From Vulcanimicrobiota bacterium (GTDB lineage Bacteria > Vulcanimicrobiota > Xenobia > Xenobiales > JADMJV01): DNA of 64,000 nt. The notes beneath the pieces were generated by a model, which saw only the letters and a program-made list of their open reading frames with translations, did no database searches and had not been told where the DNA came from. The DNA is taken from contig JBFWNU010000001.1 of NCBI GenBank assembly GCA_050250895.1, forward strand, positions 3,584,149 through 3,648,148, read 5' to 3'. Positions 1 through 9,360 of the stretch are shown one piece after another. Each line of letters starts with the position of its first letter. The stretch's first letter is position 1. Made by a program: the position numbers and the translations under genes.

Positions 1-986
1 CACTCCTCTCTGGTCGCGGCTTCGCCCAGGGCGCGCATGATGGCGCGTCGCGCCAGGTCGAGCTTGAATCGGTTGTGCTCGAGAGGGGCGGCTCCCGACA
101 GCAGGCGGTCGGCCAGTTGGCGAAAACGGCCCGGTTCAGGACGATGGCCTTCGAGCAGTGCCTCGGCTTCGGGCAGCCGCCAGGGCTTGTGAGCCACTCC
201 TCCGAGAGCCACCCGGCAAACGGCCACCCGGTCATCCTCGAAGACCAGGGCGGCCGCCACCGACACCAGGGCGAAAGCGTAGGACCGTCGGTCCCGCACC
301 TTGACATAGCTCCAATGGGTGGCGAAACCGCGAGGCGGCAAAACGATCGATGTGATCAGCTCGTGGGGCTCGAGATTGTTGTCGCGCTGGGGGGTCGTGC
401 CCGGCAACCGGTGAAAGTCGGCCATCGGCAGCCAGCGCCGCCCGTTGAGACCCTCGACCTCGATTCGGGCTTCCAGCGCGGCCAGCGCTACGCACATGTC
501 GGAGGGATGCACGGCCACGCACTCTCGGCTGGCTCCCAGGATGGCATGTTGGCGGTTGCAGCCGTGGAGGGCACCGCAGCCACTGCCCGGTGAGCGCTTA
601 TTGCAGGGCAAGGAAGTATCGTAGAAATAGTGACATCGGGTGCGCTGGCAGAGATTGCCGCCGTTGGTGGCCATGTTGCGCAACTGGGGCGAGGCCCCTG
701 AGAGAATTGCCTCCCGCAGCAGCGGGTAGCGCTTGCGAACCTCGAGATGGTCGGCCGTCTCGGCGTTGGTGGCCAGGGCGCCCAGCACTAGCCACCCCTC
801 CCGGTCGCGAATCTGGCGCAGATCCAGGCGAGTGATATCGATGACCGTCTTGGGACGAGCCACGTCTTCTTTCATGAGATCGACCAGATTGGTGCCGCCG
901 GCGATGTACTGAGAGCCCAGGTTGTGGGCTTTGTGGCGGACCGCCTCGGCCACGGCTTCGGCTCGCTCCAGGCTAAACGTTCTCAT
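1..986 (-). CDS. paoB: Xanthine dehydrogenase family FAD-binding subunit (PaoB/YagS-like); stop codon falls at or just beyond the left window edge
   Basis: Not in the ORF track; hand translation from ATG 986 gives MRTFSLERAEAV...YIAGGTNLVDLMKEDVARPKTVIDIT... and ends HNRFKLDLARRAIMRALGEAATREE; lies directly downstream of the 2Fe-2S subunit. Confidence 0.9.
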   Translation of the reverse strand, partial: MRTFSLERAEAVAEAVRHKAHNLGSQYIAGGTNLVDLMKEDVARPKTVIDITRLDLRQIRDREGWLVLGALATNAETADHLEVRKRYPLLREAILSGASPQLRNMATNGGNLCQRTRCHYFYDTSLPCNKRSPGSGCGALHGCNRQHAILGASRECVAVHPSDMCVALAALEARIEVEGLNGRRWLPMADFHRLPGTTPQRDNNLEPHELITSIVLPPRGFATHWSYVKVRDRRSYAFALVSVAAALVFEDDRVAVCRVALGGVAHKPWRLPEAEALLEGHRPEPGRFRQLADRLLSGAAPLEHNRFKLDLARRAIMRALGEAATREE

Positions 987-1461
987 CTTCGTCCTCTTTC
1001 ACCAAATCCTCGACGGCCGCCAGGATGTTGTCGTAGGCCCCGCAACGGCAAAGGTTGCCGCTGAGCCATTCGCGGATTTCTTCCCGAGTGGTCGCGTGGC
1101 CCTCGGCCAGCAGGGCCACCACCGACAGGATCTGACCCGGCGTGCAATAGCCGCATTGGAAGGCGTCATGGTCGATGAAGGCTTGCTGCACACGATGAAG
1201 CTGGCCGTTTTGGGATAGCCCTTCGATGGTGGTCACCGCCTTGCCGTCACACATGGACGCCAGGGTCAGGCACGAATTGACACGTTTGCCCTCGACTAGC
1301 ACCGTGCAGGCCCCGCACTGGCCGTGGTCGCAGCCCTTCTTGGTGCCGGTCAGATGCAGCCGCTCGCGTAGCGCGTCGAGTAAAGTAACCCAGGGCTCGA
1401 GTTCGAGCTGGTGGTCCTGGCCGTTGACGGTAAGCGTCAGAGCCTGGTCGACTTTCAGCAT
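973..1461 (-). CDS. paoA: (2Fe-2S)-binding subunit of aldehyde/xanthine oxidoreductase (PaoA/YagT-like), no Tat leader
   Basis: GTKKGCDHGQCGACTV, NSCL, FQCGYCTPG and GNLCRCGAY motifs; GGAG SD before ATG. Confidence 0.93.
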   Translation of the reverse strand: MLKVDQALTLTVNGQDHQLELEPWVTLLDALRERLHLTGTKKGCDHGQCGACTVLVEGKRVNSCLTLASMCDGKAVTTIEGLSQNGQLHRVQQAFIDHDAFQCGYCTPGQILSVVALLAEGHATTREEIREWLSGNLCRCGAYDNILAAVEDLVKEDEDENV

Positions 1462-1651
1462 GGTGGTCTCCGTTCTCTTTTAACCAGGGTGACGCCGCAC
1501 GGGCCCGCGCGCCGCCTTTATCGGGATACACACCCCCTATACCAGGGTTGCCCTTTTCCGGGTTGGGATGGGGGCCCCGCATCCGGCCGGGTATTCACCC
1601 CGACAGGTAAGTCAATTCATACTGGAGGTAAGTCTACAACTGGAGATGACC

Positions 1652-1903
1652 ATGGAAAACAAAGAGCTAGAAAGAACCGGTCACAACACGTTGGCTGGCG
1701 CACTGATGGGAACCCTGCTGTTTCTGGGCGGCATCTTTTTGACCGTCTGGACCTGGGGGTTCGGCATCTTTCTGGGAGGGCCGATGATGCTTTTAGGTCT
1801 GGCCCTGCCCTTTATGGAATACAAGATGGCCAAGGAAGGCAAGAGCTGGATCGGCCGGCGCCCGGGTCGTGGCGCCCTCCGCCGACGTAAACACTCGGCC
1901 TGA
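1652..1903 (+). CDS. Small membrane protein with two hydrophobic segments
   Basis: GGAG SD before ATG 1652; hydrophobic core LAGALMGTLLFLGGIFLTVWTWGFGIFLGGPMMLLGLALPF. Confidence 0.7.
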   Translation: MENKELERTGHNTLAGALMGTLLFLGGIFLTVWTWGFGIFLGGPMMLLGLALPFMEYKMAKEGKSWIGRRPGRGALRRRKHSA

Positions 1904-1924
1904 TAACGAAAGGTAGGATTCAAC

Positions 1925-2320
1925 ATGAAAAAGGGACCTTCCCAGCCTCTGCAAGAGGCTTTCGGAAAGCTCGGCTTTCCACGTAATTTACTGGTGGCTT
2001 CGCTGTCGAGCGCCTCGGCCGAGGCGCTGGCGGGTCGGATCGAGCGACCGACCCACATCCTGACCAGCGAGCAAGAACTGGACAAAGCCCTGCAGCCGGC
2101 CGTTTTGGGAAAGCTGGCCGAAGCCTTGTTCAATGAGGGTATTACCTTGCGGGAGTTGCGGCGCGAGTTGTCGCTGGGCTATGTCATCCTGGCCGTCGCC
2201 GTGCCAGAGCGCGAACAAGCCGAGCAACTCGCGGCTTCTCTCTATAAGATGGAGGCCAGGACCATTCGCTACTTCGATGATTACGAGATCGTCGAGATTG
2301 CTCCGGCGGTGCGGCCATGA
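1925..2320 (+). CDS. Hypothetical protein
   Basis: 131-aa ORF in a co-oriented run; ATGA overlap with the next gene. Confidence 0.65.
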   Translation: MKKGPSQPLQEAFGKLGFPRNLLVASLSSASAEALAGRIERPTHILTSEQELDKALQPAVLGKLAEALFNEGITLRELRRELSLGYVILAVAVPEREQAEQLAASLYKMEARTIRYFDDYEIVEIAPAVRP

Positions 2321-2520
2321 CGCCCTGGAAGAACGATGACGCTCGGCGGTTGGGCGCCCGAATGGCGGTCAGTCCGCAGTATCGCGGGCGGCCGTGGCAC
2401 GAGGTTCGACCTCTCTTCAAGCCATATTGGGAATTCGCCTACGGCTATGACACCTGGAATCTGGTCAGTGAGACGGTGCGTCGGGCCTTCGAAATCGCCC
2501 CCGAGCACCCCCGCAAGTAA
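2317..2520 (+). CDS. Small hypothetical protein (Trp/Tyr-rich)
   Basis: Translationally coupled to the upstream ORF; YRGRPWHEV...YW...TWNLVSETVRRAF pattern. Confidence 0.6.
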   Translation: MTPWKNDDARRLGARMAVSPQYRGRPWHEVRPLFKPYWEFAYGYDTWNLVSETVRRAFEIAPEHPRK

Positions 2521-2534
2521 CAAGGAGAAACCCT

Positions 2535-3020
2535 ATGAGTATCAACCTGAAAGCACTTTTGTTGGCCCAGATGCGCGAGTTGCATCACGCTGAAGTCGAG
2601 ATGCTGGGACAACTACCTCGCATGGCCCGCGCGGCTAGCCAGCGAGAATTGCGCCGCCGTTTTGAAGATATCATGCGTGAGACGCAGGAGCGGCGCGTGC
2701 GGGTGGAAGGAAACTTCTTCGAACTCCGCGCCAAGCCGTCGGATGAGCCGGGCGAGCAAGTGATAGCCCTGGTCCGCAGCATCGATAAACTACTGCGCGA
2801 CTTGCCGCTGGGACCTGCCCGCGACACTGCCCTCATCGCGGCCGTGCGCCGGTGGGAGCAGTTTCAGATGACTGGCTACGAGTCGGCGCGCGGAATGGCT
2901 CTCGAGCTGGGACTCTTAGCCGTGGCTCGCCGCCTGGACATGAGCTACAAAGAGCAGGCTCGTGGGGATGAGCAGCTCTCGGAGTTGCTTCCCTGGGTCC
3001 AAAAGGTGATGCGAGCCTGA
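2535..3020 (+). CDS. DUF892/YciE-YciF ferritin-like protein (divergent copy)
   Basis: AAGGAG SD; LRRRFEDIMRETQER, RDTALIAAVRRWEQFQMTGY; recognisably similar to the 48853 copy. Confidence 0.8.
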   Translation: MSINLKALLLAQMRELHHAEVEMLGQLPRMARAASQRELRRRFEDIMRETQERRVRVEGNFFELRAKPSDEPGEQVIALVRSIDKLLRDLPLGPARDTALIAAVRRWEQFQMTGYESARGMALELGLLAVARRLDMSYKEQARGDEQLSELLPWVQKVMRA

Positions 3021-3069
3021 GCGATTGGGCTGCGATCTTTGGTTTGCCTACGAGAGCGGAGCGGTAGCT

Positions 3070-3081
3070 ATCCCCTGGTAT
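3070..3081. promoter_or_regulatory. ATMC-N4-GKAT palindromic box (ATCCCCTGGTAT), candidate regulator site
   Basis: Same motif recurs 60-65 nt upstream of several start codons; here it is part of a TATCCCCTGG direct repeat at 3069-3088. Confidence 0.5.
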
Positions 3082-3140
3082 CCCCTGGTTCGATTCTCGA
3101 GGCGGGCGCACACTTCGACCCCTTCCCTTAACTTAGAGAC

Positions 3141-4124
3141 GTGAACGCGATCCTTCCCAAGCACGTGTTAGGGCCTGGCCATGTGGTTCTGGTCCTTTTG
3201 TCCCTGGTCTTGCTCGAGTGGGGACGGACTCTGCTTTTACCGCTGGGAATGGCTCTGGTTCTCTTGCTCACCTTTCTGCCGGTGCGTAACCTGTGGAAAG
3301 AGAAGATTGGCCTCCCGGGCTCGGGGATCGTGGCCTTTTTGGCCTGTTTAGCCGTGCTGGCCGGTTTCTGTGGGCTGCTGTGGTTTATCTACCACTACCA
3401 CCAGGCCGAGCTGGCGCAATTGCCCCGCGACCTTTCGAGCAGTCTGAAGTCGACCGGAACCTCTGTCAAAGAAGTGACCGATCGTCTGCTCTCGCAAGCC
3501 ACCGCGCTGGAAGCGATTTTGCCAGCTCTGGCCTTCTTTTTCTTCGGACTAGTCGAGTATGATCTGTTGCGCAAACGGTTGCTGGCCGCCCTGCCGTCGC
3601 GCCAGGGCGAGGCTTTGCTCGAGCGAGTCGAGCACACCTCGAGCCTGGTCGGCATCTACTGGCTGGCCCGCACCGCCGCCGGGCTGGTGACCGGGCTGGC
3701 GGTGGGACTGGGCTGCTGGCTGCTCGATATTCCGCTGGCCTTTTTATGGGCCAGCCTGAACTTCTTGTTCAACTACATTCCCACCGTCGGATCGTTGTTG
3801 GCCTCGTTCTTGCCGGCCGCTTACATGCTGGTGCAAGAAGGTCCCGAGCAGGCCGCCCTGACACTGCTGGTGGTTGGGGGCTCGCAGATCGTGTTGGGAA
3901 CCTTCATCGACCCGCTGATTCAGGATCGATTCTTGAAGCTCTCGGCCTTTACGATCTTTCTCGCGGTGTTTGCTTTCGGCTGGATTTGGGGTCCCTGGGG
4001 GGCCCTCATCGGAGTGCCGATCACCTTTATCTTCGGCCTGCTGGCCCGCGAGTTTCCCCGCCTGGAAGCCCTGGGACTGGTGTTGGTAGGTGAAAATCAC
4101 GACGCTGGGACCAGGACCGATTGA
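3141..4124 (+). CDS. AI-2E family (PerM/TqsA-like) transporter
   Basis: Multi-TM; FLFNYIPTVGS and WIWGPWGALIGVP motifs. Confidence 0.88.
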   Translation: MNAILPKHVLGPGHVVLVLLSLVLLEWGRTLLLPLGMALVLLLTFLPVRNLWKEKIGLPGSGIVAFLACLAVLAGFCGLLWFIYHYHQAELAQLPRDLSSSLKSTGTSVKEVTDRLLSQATALEAILPALAFFFFGLVEYDLLRKRLLAALPSRQGEALLERVEHTSSLVGIYWLARTAAGLVTGLAVGLGCWLLDIPLAFLWASLNFLFNYIPTVGSLLASFLPAAYMLVQEGPEQAALTLLVVGGSQIVLGTFIDPLIQDRFLKLSAFTIFLAVFAFGWIWGPWGALIGVPITFIFGLLAREFPRLEALGLVLVGENHDAGTRTD

Positions 4125-4180
4125 CCTGGGTCATACCCGGCTCGGAGCCGCCGAGATAAGCTCATGGAGGAGGTGCAGTC

Positions 4181-4270
4181 ATGCCGAACATTACGAAGGT
4201 TGATCCGCTGGCGGATTGGTACATCGCCGACCAGATCGCCGAAGGCCTCTGTTTTACCGTCGACGACTAG
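4181..4270 (+). CDS. Putative 29-aa peptide MPNITKVDPLADWYIADQIAEGLCFTVDD
   Basis: Strong SD GGAGGAGGTG just upstream of ATG 4181; fills the gap before the oxidoreductase; below the ORF-track size cutoff. Confidence 0.5.
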   Translation: MPNITKVDPLADWYIADQIAEGLCFTVDD

Positions 4271-4306
4271 GTTCCCCATCGACTTCGGTGGAAGGGGTAA
4301 CCAGCC

Positions 4307-5911
4307 ATGAAGACCCACAGCACCGGAGCTCTCACCGTCGAGGAGCGTCGCCAACAGGATACTCGCTACGCCACCAATCCCACCTATGACGTGGTGGTGG
4401 TGGGTACCGGTATGGCCGGGCTCACGGCCGCGGCCCTGCTGGCCAAGAGCGGCCGCAAGGTGTGCATGCTCGAGGCTCACGACATTCCCGGCGGTTATGT
4501 CCACTCGTTTCGCATGGGCGATTTCCACTTCTGCGCCCAGATTCACTACATCTGGGGCGCCGGCCGGGGCGACCGGGTCTGGCGCTTTCTCGAAAAGCTC
4601 GGCCTGGAACAAGACATCCTCTTCGAATCGCTCGACCCCGATGGCTACGATCACATCATTCTGCCCGACCGCAAGCGGGTAAAGATCCCCAACGGTTTCG
4701 AACAGTTGGCCCAGAACATCGAGGCCGCCTATCCCGGCCAGGGCGAGGCCGTGAGGCGCTTCACCCACATTCTCGACAAACTCTCGGACGAGGTCCGCCA
4801 ACTTCCCTCCGAGATCCACTGGTGGCAGTATCTCACCCGCGGCTGGCGCTTTCTTACGCTGCTGCGCTACCACCGCAAGACCTTACAAGAGGTCTTCGAG
4901 GAATGCGGCCTGAGTCGTGAGGCTCAAGCAGTCTTGATCGCCAACTCGGGAAACTTTATGTGCCCGCCCCGGGACCTCTCGATTCTGGCCTACAACGGTC
5001 TCTTTTCAGGCTACAATCGGGGAGCCTACTATCCCCGGCGCCATTTCCGCTACTTCATCGACCGCCTGGTCGAGTTCATCGTCAGCCACGACGGTTGCCA
5101 CGTTTACTATGAAGAGGAAGTGACCGGCATCAAGCTCGCGGGCGAGCGGGTCGAGTCGGTCACCACGGCCGGTGGCAAGACCTTCGCCGCTCCCCTCGTG
5201 TTGTGCAACGCCGACCCCCAGAAGATGTCGCACTTGATCGGGCGTGACCAGTTTCCAGCCTCGGCGTTGCCCGCCCTGAGTTATGACTATTCGTGGACAG
5301 CGGTCACGGTCTACCTGGGCCTGAAAGACATCGACCTGCGCGAGTACGGCTTTGGTCGCCACAATACCTGGCATCTCGAGCAGTGGGACCTCAACCAGAC
5401 CTGGGACGAGGCCATGCGCGCCGACTGGAGCAAGCCGTGGATGTTCATGGCCACCCCCAGTCTGCATACACGCGAAGAGGGCACCACCCCGGAGAATGGT
5501 CAGATTCTAGAACTGGCCACTGGAGCCGATTACGATCACTTTCGCCGGTTGCGCGAGACGGACCCCAAAGCCTATCGGGCCGAAAAGAAGAAGGTCGAGC
5601 AAAAGTTGATCGACCTGGTCGAAGACCACCACGTGCCCGACTTGCGAAAGCATATCGCCCTGCATGTGGCCGGCTCGCCCACCACCAACGAGGACTATTG
5701 CTACGCTCCCCGAGGTCACGCTTATGGACAGCACCTGACCCCCAAAAACATGGGCCTGGGCAGACTGAGGGCCCAGACCCCCTGGAAGAATTTTTTCTGG
5801 TGCAACGCGGCCAGCGGCTACCCCGGCGTCAACGGCACCATCGGAACCGGCATGCAACTCTACATGGACCTCACGGGAGATCGCTTCTGGGACCCGAGCC
5901 AGGACTTGTGA
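4307..5911 (+). CDS. Phytoene dehydrogenase/retinol saturase-like NAD(P)/FAD-dependent oxidoreductase
   Basis: YDVVVVGTGMAGLTAA...EAHDIPGG Rossmann motif; C-terminal GSPTTNEDY...GHAYG and YPGVNG. Confidence 0.85.
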   Translation: MKTHSTGALTVEERRQQDTRYATNPTYDVVVVGTGMAGLTAAALLAKSGRKVCMLEAHDIPGGYVHSFRMGDFHFCAQIHYIWGAGRGDRVWRFLEKLGLEQDILFESLDPDGYDHIILPDRKRVKIPNGFEQLAQNIEAAYPGQGEAVRRFTHILDKLSDEVRQLPSEIHWWQYLTRGWRFLTLLRYHRKTLQEVFEECGLSREAQAVLIANSGNFMCPPRDLSILAYNGLFSGYNRGAYYPRRHFRYFIDRLVEFIVSHDGCHVYYEEEVTGIKLAGERVESVTTAGGKTFAAPLVLCNADPQKMSHLIGRDQFPASALPALSYDYSWTAVTVYLGLKDIDLREYGFGRHNTWHLEQWDLNQTWDEAMRADWSKPWMFMATPSLHTREEGTTPENGQILELATGADYDHFRRLRETDPKAYRAEKKKVEQKLIDLVEDHHVPDLRKHIALHVAGSPTTNEDYCYAPRGHAYGQHLTPKNMGLGRLRAQTPWKNFFWCNAASGYPGVNGTIGTGMQLYMDLTGDRFWDPSQDL

Positions 5912-7190
5912 TCAGCTTGGCCACGCGCTGGCCGCAGCGGGTAGCCCCTTCGAGCCAGGGCGAATTGAGGTAGTCACCGCAGAGATACAGGCCTTGCTCG
6001 CCCTGGTGGGGCAAGAACCTCTTGACCCGGTCGATCTGGTCACAGGTGAACTTGGGCATGGCTTCGGGCCACCGCTGCAGGTCGTGGGGCTCGGGCGAGA
6101 GCCCGGGGTGAAGCTTGACCAGTTCGGCGGCCACCAATCCAAAGAGTTGATTGTCGGGCCGGTCCCAGAGCTTCTCGGCCGCTTCTTCGTGCAGGCCGAC
6201 ATTGACCAGGGCCAGACCCTCATTCGAGCGTCCCTTGATGGCTTCGTTGGTGAACTCGGCGATGACCGAATTCTCGCAATAGGGGATGTAGAAGCAGTGC
6301 GTGTTGCCGAAGCTGGCGGCCGGCACGCGATAAGACAGATTGATGGTGCGCGCGTAGCGGGTCTTCTCGAGCAGGTCCCGATGAGGGTCGGGCCCGTTGC
6401 GCAGGAGTTTGCGGGCTACTCCCGCGGTGGTGGCCAAAACGACCTTGGCGTAGTGCTCTTGCGAGTCGGCGGTGGTGACCAGCCAGCCATCTTCGTGATG
6501 AGCCAGCGAGACCACCCCGTGGTCGGCCTTCACGGTCAACCGAGCGGCCAGGGCGTCAGGGAGTTCTTGCATCTCGCCCGGCGCGTGGAGGATCGAGAAG
6601 TCATAAGCCGGGTCGCTTTTCATGCGAAAAAGCGCGAGAAAGGCAGCCGCACTGGTCTCGCGCGAGCGATAGAACATCATGCAGGTGTGGAAAGCGTCGA
6701 GAATATAGTCGGCGAACTCGGGGCCGATCTGGCGACGGGCCGTATCATAGGCATCGCTATGATTGAGTTCATCAGGGGCCGTGGACAGGTCGAAGAAGTC
6801 GAGGTGCGGATATTGATGGCGCAAGCGCAGGGCGAACTCGGCAAACTTGACCCGACTCCAAAGCTTGAGATAGTCCATGCGAATAATATCGCGAGGTGAG
6901 TCGAAGTTCATGCGGTGAAAGCTGCCGTGGCGATAGAGCATGTGCCCCACCGGGCTGAGGTTCTGCAACTCTACCCCGAGTTCGTCGGAAAGACTCACCA
7001 GGCGAGGGTAGGCCTTGACCAGAAAGTTGGCCCCGAGGTCGAAGGCAAGCCCCTGGTAGCGGCGTGTGGCCATTCGCCCTCCGACTCTGGCCTCGCGTTC
7101 ATAGACCTCTACGGTCTGGCCGGTCTTCTGCAATTCATAGGCACACGTCAGACCAGAGATGCCGGCCCCGATCACGGCTATCCTCTCCAT
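5871..7190 (-). CDS. FAD-dependent oxidoreductase (amine oxidase/HemY-like superfamily)
   Basis: IAVIGAGISGL...EREARVGGR, DLGANF, RWPEAMP, LCGDY...LEGA. Confidence 0.85.
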   Translation of the reverse strand: MERIAVIGAGISGLTCAYELQKTGQTVEVYEREARVGGRMATRRYQGLAFDLGANFLVKAYPRLVSLSDELGVELQNLSPVGHMLYRHGSFHRMNFDSPRDIIRMDYLKLWSRVKFAEFALRLRHQYPHLDFFDLSTAPDELNHSDAYDTARRQIGPEFADYILDAFHTCMMFYRSRETSAAAFLALFRMKSDPAYDFSILHAPGEMQELPDALAARLTVKADHGVVSLAHHEDGWLVTTADSQEHYAKVVLATTAGVARKLLRNGPDPHRDLLEKTRYARTINLSYRVPAASFGNTHCFYIPYCENSVIAEFTNEAIKGRSNEGLALVNVGLHEEAAEKLWDRPDNQLFGLVAAELVKLHPGLSPEPHDLQRWPEAMPKFTCDQIDRVKRFLPHQGEQGLYLCGDYLNSPWLEGATRCGQRVAKLITSPGSGPRSDLP

Positions 7191-7286
7191 GAGCCCCTAT
7201 TTCCCCCTCGCAGCGGAGGTTCCTCGGGGGCCTGAGGGCACCCTCAGACTGGCCTATCGAACCGGGGCGCCCTGGACAGGGGGGGA

Positions 7287-7544
7287 CTACATGACCACAT
7301 GGTGGCATTCGGGCAAGGTAACCTCTTTGGGCAGTCTCGAAGCGAGTCGCGTGTAGGCGGCGGCGCCGTGTTCGGGGCATAGCTGCAGGTGCCGCAAGTC
7401 GATGGTTCGAGAGCGGGCCGAACCGACCGAGATTGCCCCCAGCCACTCCATCAGGCGGGTGACGTTGTCCTGGTCAAGTGTGCCCTTCACCTCGACGGTG
7501 GTAACCTCTTCGCAGAAGTTGACGACGACTCCGATTCCTTTCAT
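7287..7544 (-). CDS. Small STAS-like hypothetical protein
   Basis: VEVKGTLD...TIDLRHL pattern resembles a STAS fold; AAGGGG SD. Confidence 0.5.
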   Translation of the reverse strand: MKGIGVVVNFCEEVTTVEVKGTLDQDNVTRLMEWLGAISVGSARSRTIDLRHLQLCPEHGAAAYTRLASRLPKEVTLPECHHVVM

Positions 7545-7727
7545 GGACGACCCCTTCGCTTCAGACTAGTCTCCCGAGTCTAGCGAAAACGAAGGCTCTG
7601 CCCTAGACCCTGGCGTATCCACCCCGACTATCCCGAAGTAGGGGTACCGCGCAGTACCTCATTGGGATACCCCGGTTCCATCCAGACGATGCAGGAGGCG
7701 GAGGCGGAGTGGGCTTATCCTATAGTC

Positions 7728-8060
7728 ATGCCAAATTCCACTGATCCGTTCGTGCCTTGCAATCGCAGTCGGGCTCCCCTGGCCTGGGAACCCCACATCA
7801 GCATGATCGAAGATCCCGAAGGCCACCTATTGGTCGAAGTGCTCCTACCCGGCGCCGAACATGTGGAGACACAGGTCGAGCCGAACTATATCAGGGTGCG
7901 CGGTCGTCGCAGCAAAACGGTCGTCACCCGCCACCTTCCGCGGGAGTTCGAGCATCACCACTATTTTCCGCGTCCCATCGACCCCGCCAGCGCCAAGGTC
8001 GAGTTTCTTGACGGCATTCTGAGCCTGCGCGCCCAAAGGAGCGAGCATGCGAGTACCTAG
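7728..8060 (+). CDS. Hsp20/alpha-crystallin family protein
   Basis: LVEVLLPG, IRVRGRR, FEHHHYFPRPIDP, AKVEFLDGILSL; TATCCT-N6-ATG supports a start at 7728. Confidence 0.8.
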   Translation: MPNSTDPFVPCNRSRAPLAWEPHISMIEDPEGHLLVEVLLPGAEHVETQVEPNYIRVRGRRSKTVVTRHLPREFEHHHYFPRPIDPASAKVEFLDGILSLRAQRSEHAST

Positions 8061-9360
8061 CGATTTCCTGCTGGGCGCTGCAACCTCGAGTTTCCAGATC
8101 GAAGGTGCCCTGACCGAAGACGGCCGGGGCCCTTCCATCTGGGACGACTTTCCGGCCCTACTGGGTCACAACGGTTCGGTCGCCTGCGATCACTACCACC
8201 GGGTCTCTGAAGATGTGGGCATCCTCAAGGAACTAGGGGTCGATGCCTACCGGTTCTCGCTGGCCTGGCCCCGGATTCTGCCCGACGGCAGGGGCCGGGT
8301 CAACCAGGCGGGCCTCGACTTCTACTCGAGGCTGGTCGACGAACTACTAGAGAACGAAATTCAGCCCTGGGCCACGCTGTATCACTGGGACCTGCCCCTG
8401 ACCCTACACGAGGAGGGGGGCTGGAAGCGCCGCGAGATCGCCGAGGATTTCGCCGAGTACACCACCGTGGTGCTCGACCGTCTGGGAGACCGGGTCAAGC
8501 ACTGGTTTACCCTTAACGAGCCCTGGTGTGTAGCCATCCTGGGCTATCAGACCGGGGAACATGCCCCGGGCGAACAGTGCGATGAAGCCACCGTGCTCAG
8601 GGTCATTCACAATCTCATGCTCGCCCACGCCGCCTCGCTCGAGCGCATCCGTGCCCACGGAAACTATCAGGCAGGCATCGTGCTCAATCCCTGGTTGCCG
8701 CTACCGGTGACGGATTCGCCAGCCGATATCGAAGCTGCGGATCGGGCCTGGGTCGAGCAAGTCGGGTGGTGGTTCCAGCCGCTTTTTCTGGGCAAGTATC
8801 CCGCCGAAGTCTGGTCGGCCCGACAGGGCAACGTGCCCGAGGTTCAGGACGGCGACCTCGAGCGTATTTCGGCTCCCACCGACTTTCTCGGTTTGAATTT
8901 GTATTTCCCGGGCTTCGTGCGGGCTGCCCCCGACGCTCCTCACGGCTATGAGCGGTGCGAAGAGTTCGTTCATTTGCCGCGCACCGATATGGGCTGGCAG
9001 ATTTACTCGCCCATCATGTCCTATTGTCTGCGCGAGGTTCACCGGCGCTATTCGCCCCGCAGCATCTACATCACCGAGAACGGCTGCGCGGTGCCCGACA
9101 TCACCGACGATCGGGGCCAGATTCACGACCTGTGGCGCCAGGAATACCACCGCCATCACCTGCGCGACGCCCTCGACACCCGCGACGACGGAGTGCCTTT
9201 AGACGGCTACTTCGCCTGGTCCTTGATGGACAACTTCGAGTGGCAGTATGGCTTTACCCGGCGGTTCGGTCTCTATTTCATCGACTATGTCACCCTCGAG
9301 CGCATTCCCAAGGCCAGCGCCCGCTGGTACGCCCGGCTCACTCGCCAGCGCAGGCTCTAG
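8047..9360 (+). CDS. GH1 beta-glucosidase
   Basis: FLLGAATSSFQIEG, TLYHWDLP, catalytic TLNEP and ITENG, WSLMDNFEW. Confidence 0.96.
   Translation: MRVPSDFLLGAATSSFQIEGALTEDGRGPSIWDDFPALLGHNGSVACDHYHRVSEDVGILKELGVDAYRFSLAWPRILPDGRGRVNQAGLDFYSRLVDELLENEIQPWATLYHWDLPLTLHEEGGWKRREIAEDFAEYTTVVLDRLGDRVKHWFTLNEPWCVAILGYQTGEHAPGEQCDEATVLRVIHNLMLAHAASLERIRAHGNYQAGIVLNPWLPLPVTDSPADIEAADRAWVEQVGWWFQPLFLGKYPAEVWSARQGNVPEVQDGDLERISAPTDFLGLNLYFPGFVRAAPDAPHGYERCEEFVHLPRTDMGWQIYSPIMSYCLREVHRRYSPRSIYITENGCAVPDITDDRGQIHDLWRQEYHRHHLRDALDTRDDGVPLDGYFAWSLMDNFEWQYGFTRRFGLYFIDYVTLERIPKASARWYARLTRQRRL

Noticed and set aside
1589-1594. SigB/SigF-type promoters (GGGTAT -10), also at 45924 and 48553
   Set aside because: No GTTT -35 at the proper spacing; the hexamers are better explained as halves of the ATMC-N4-GKAT palindrome.
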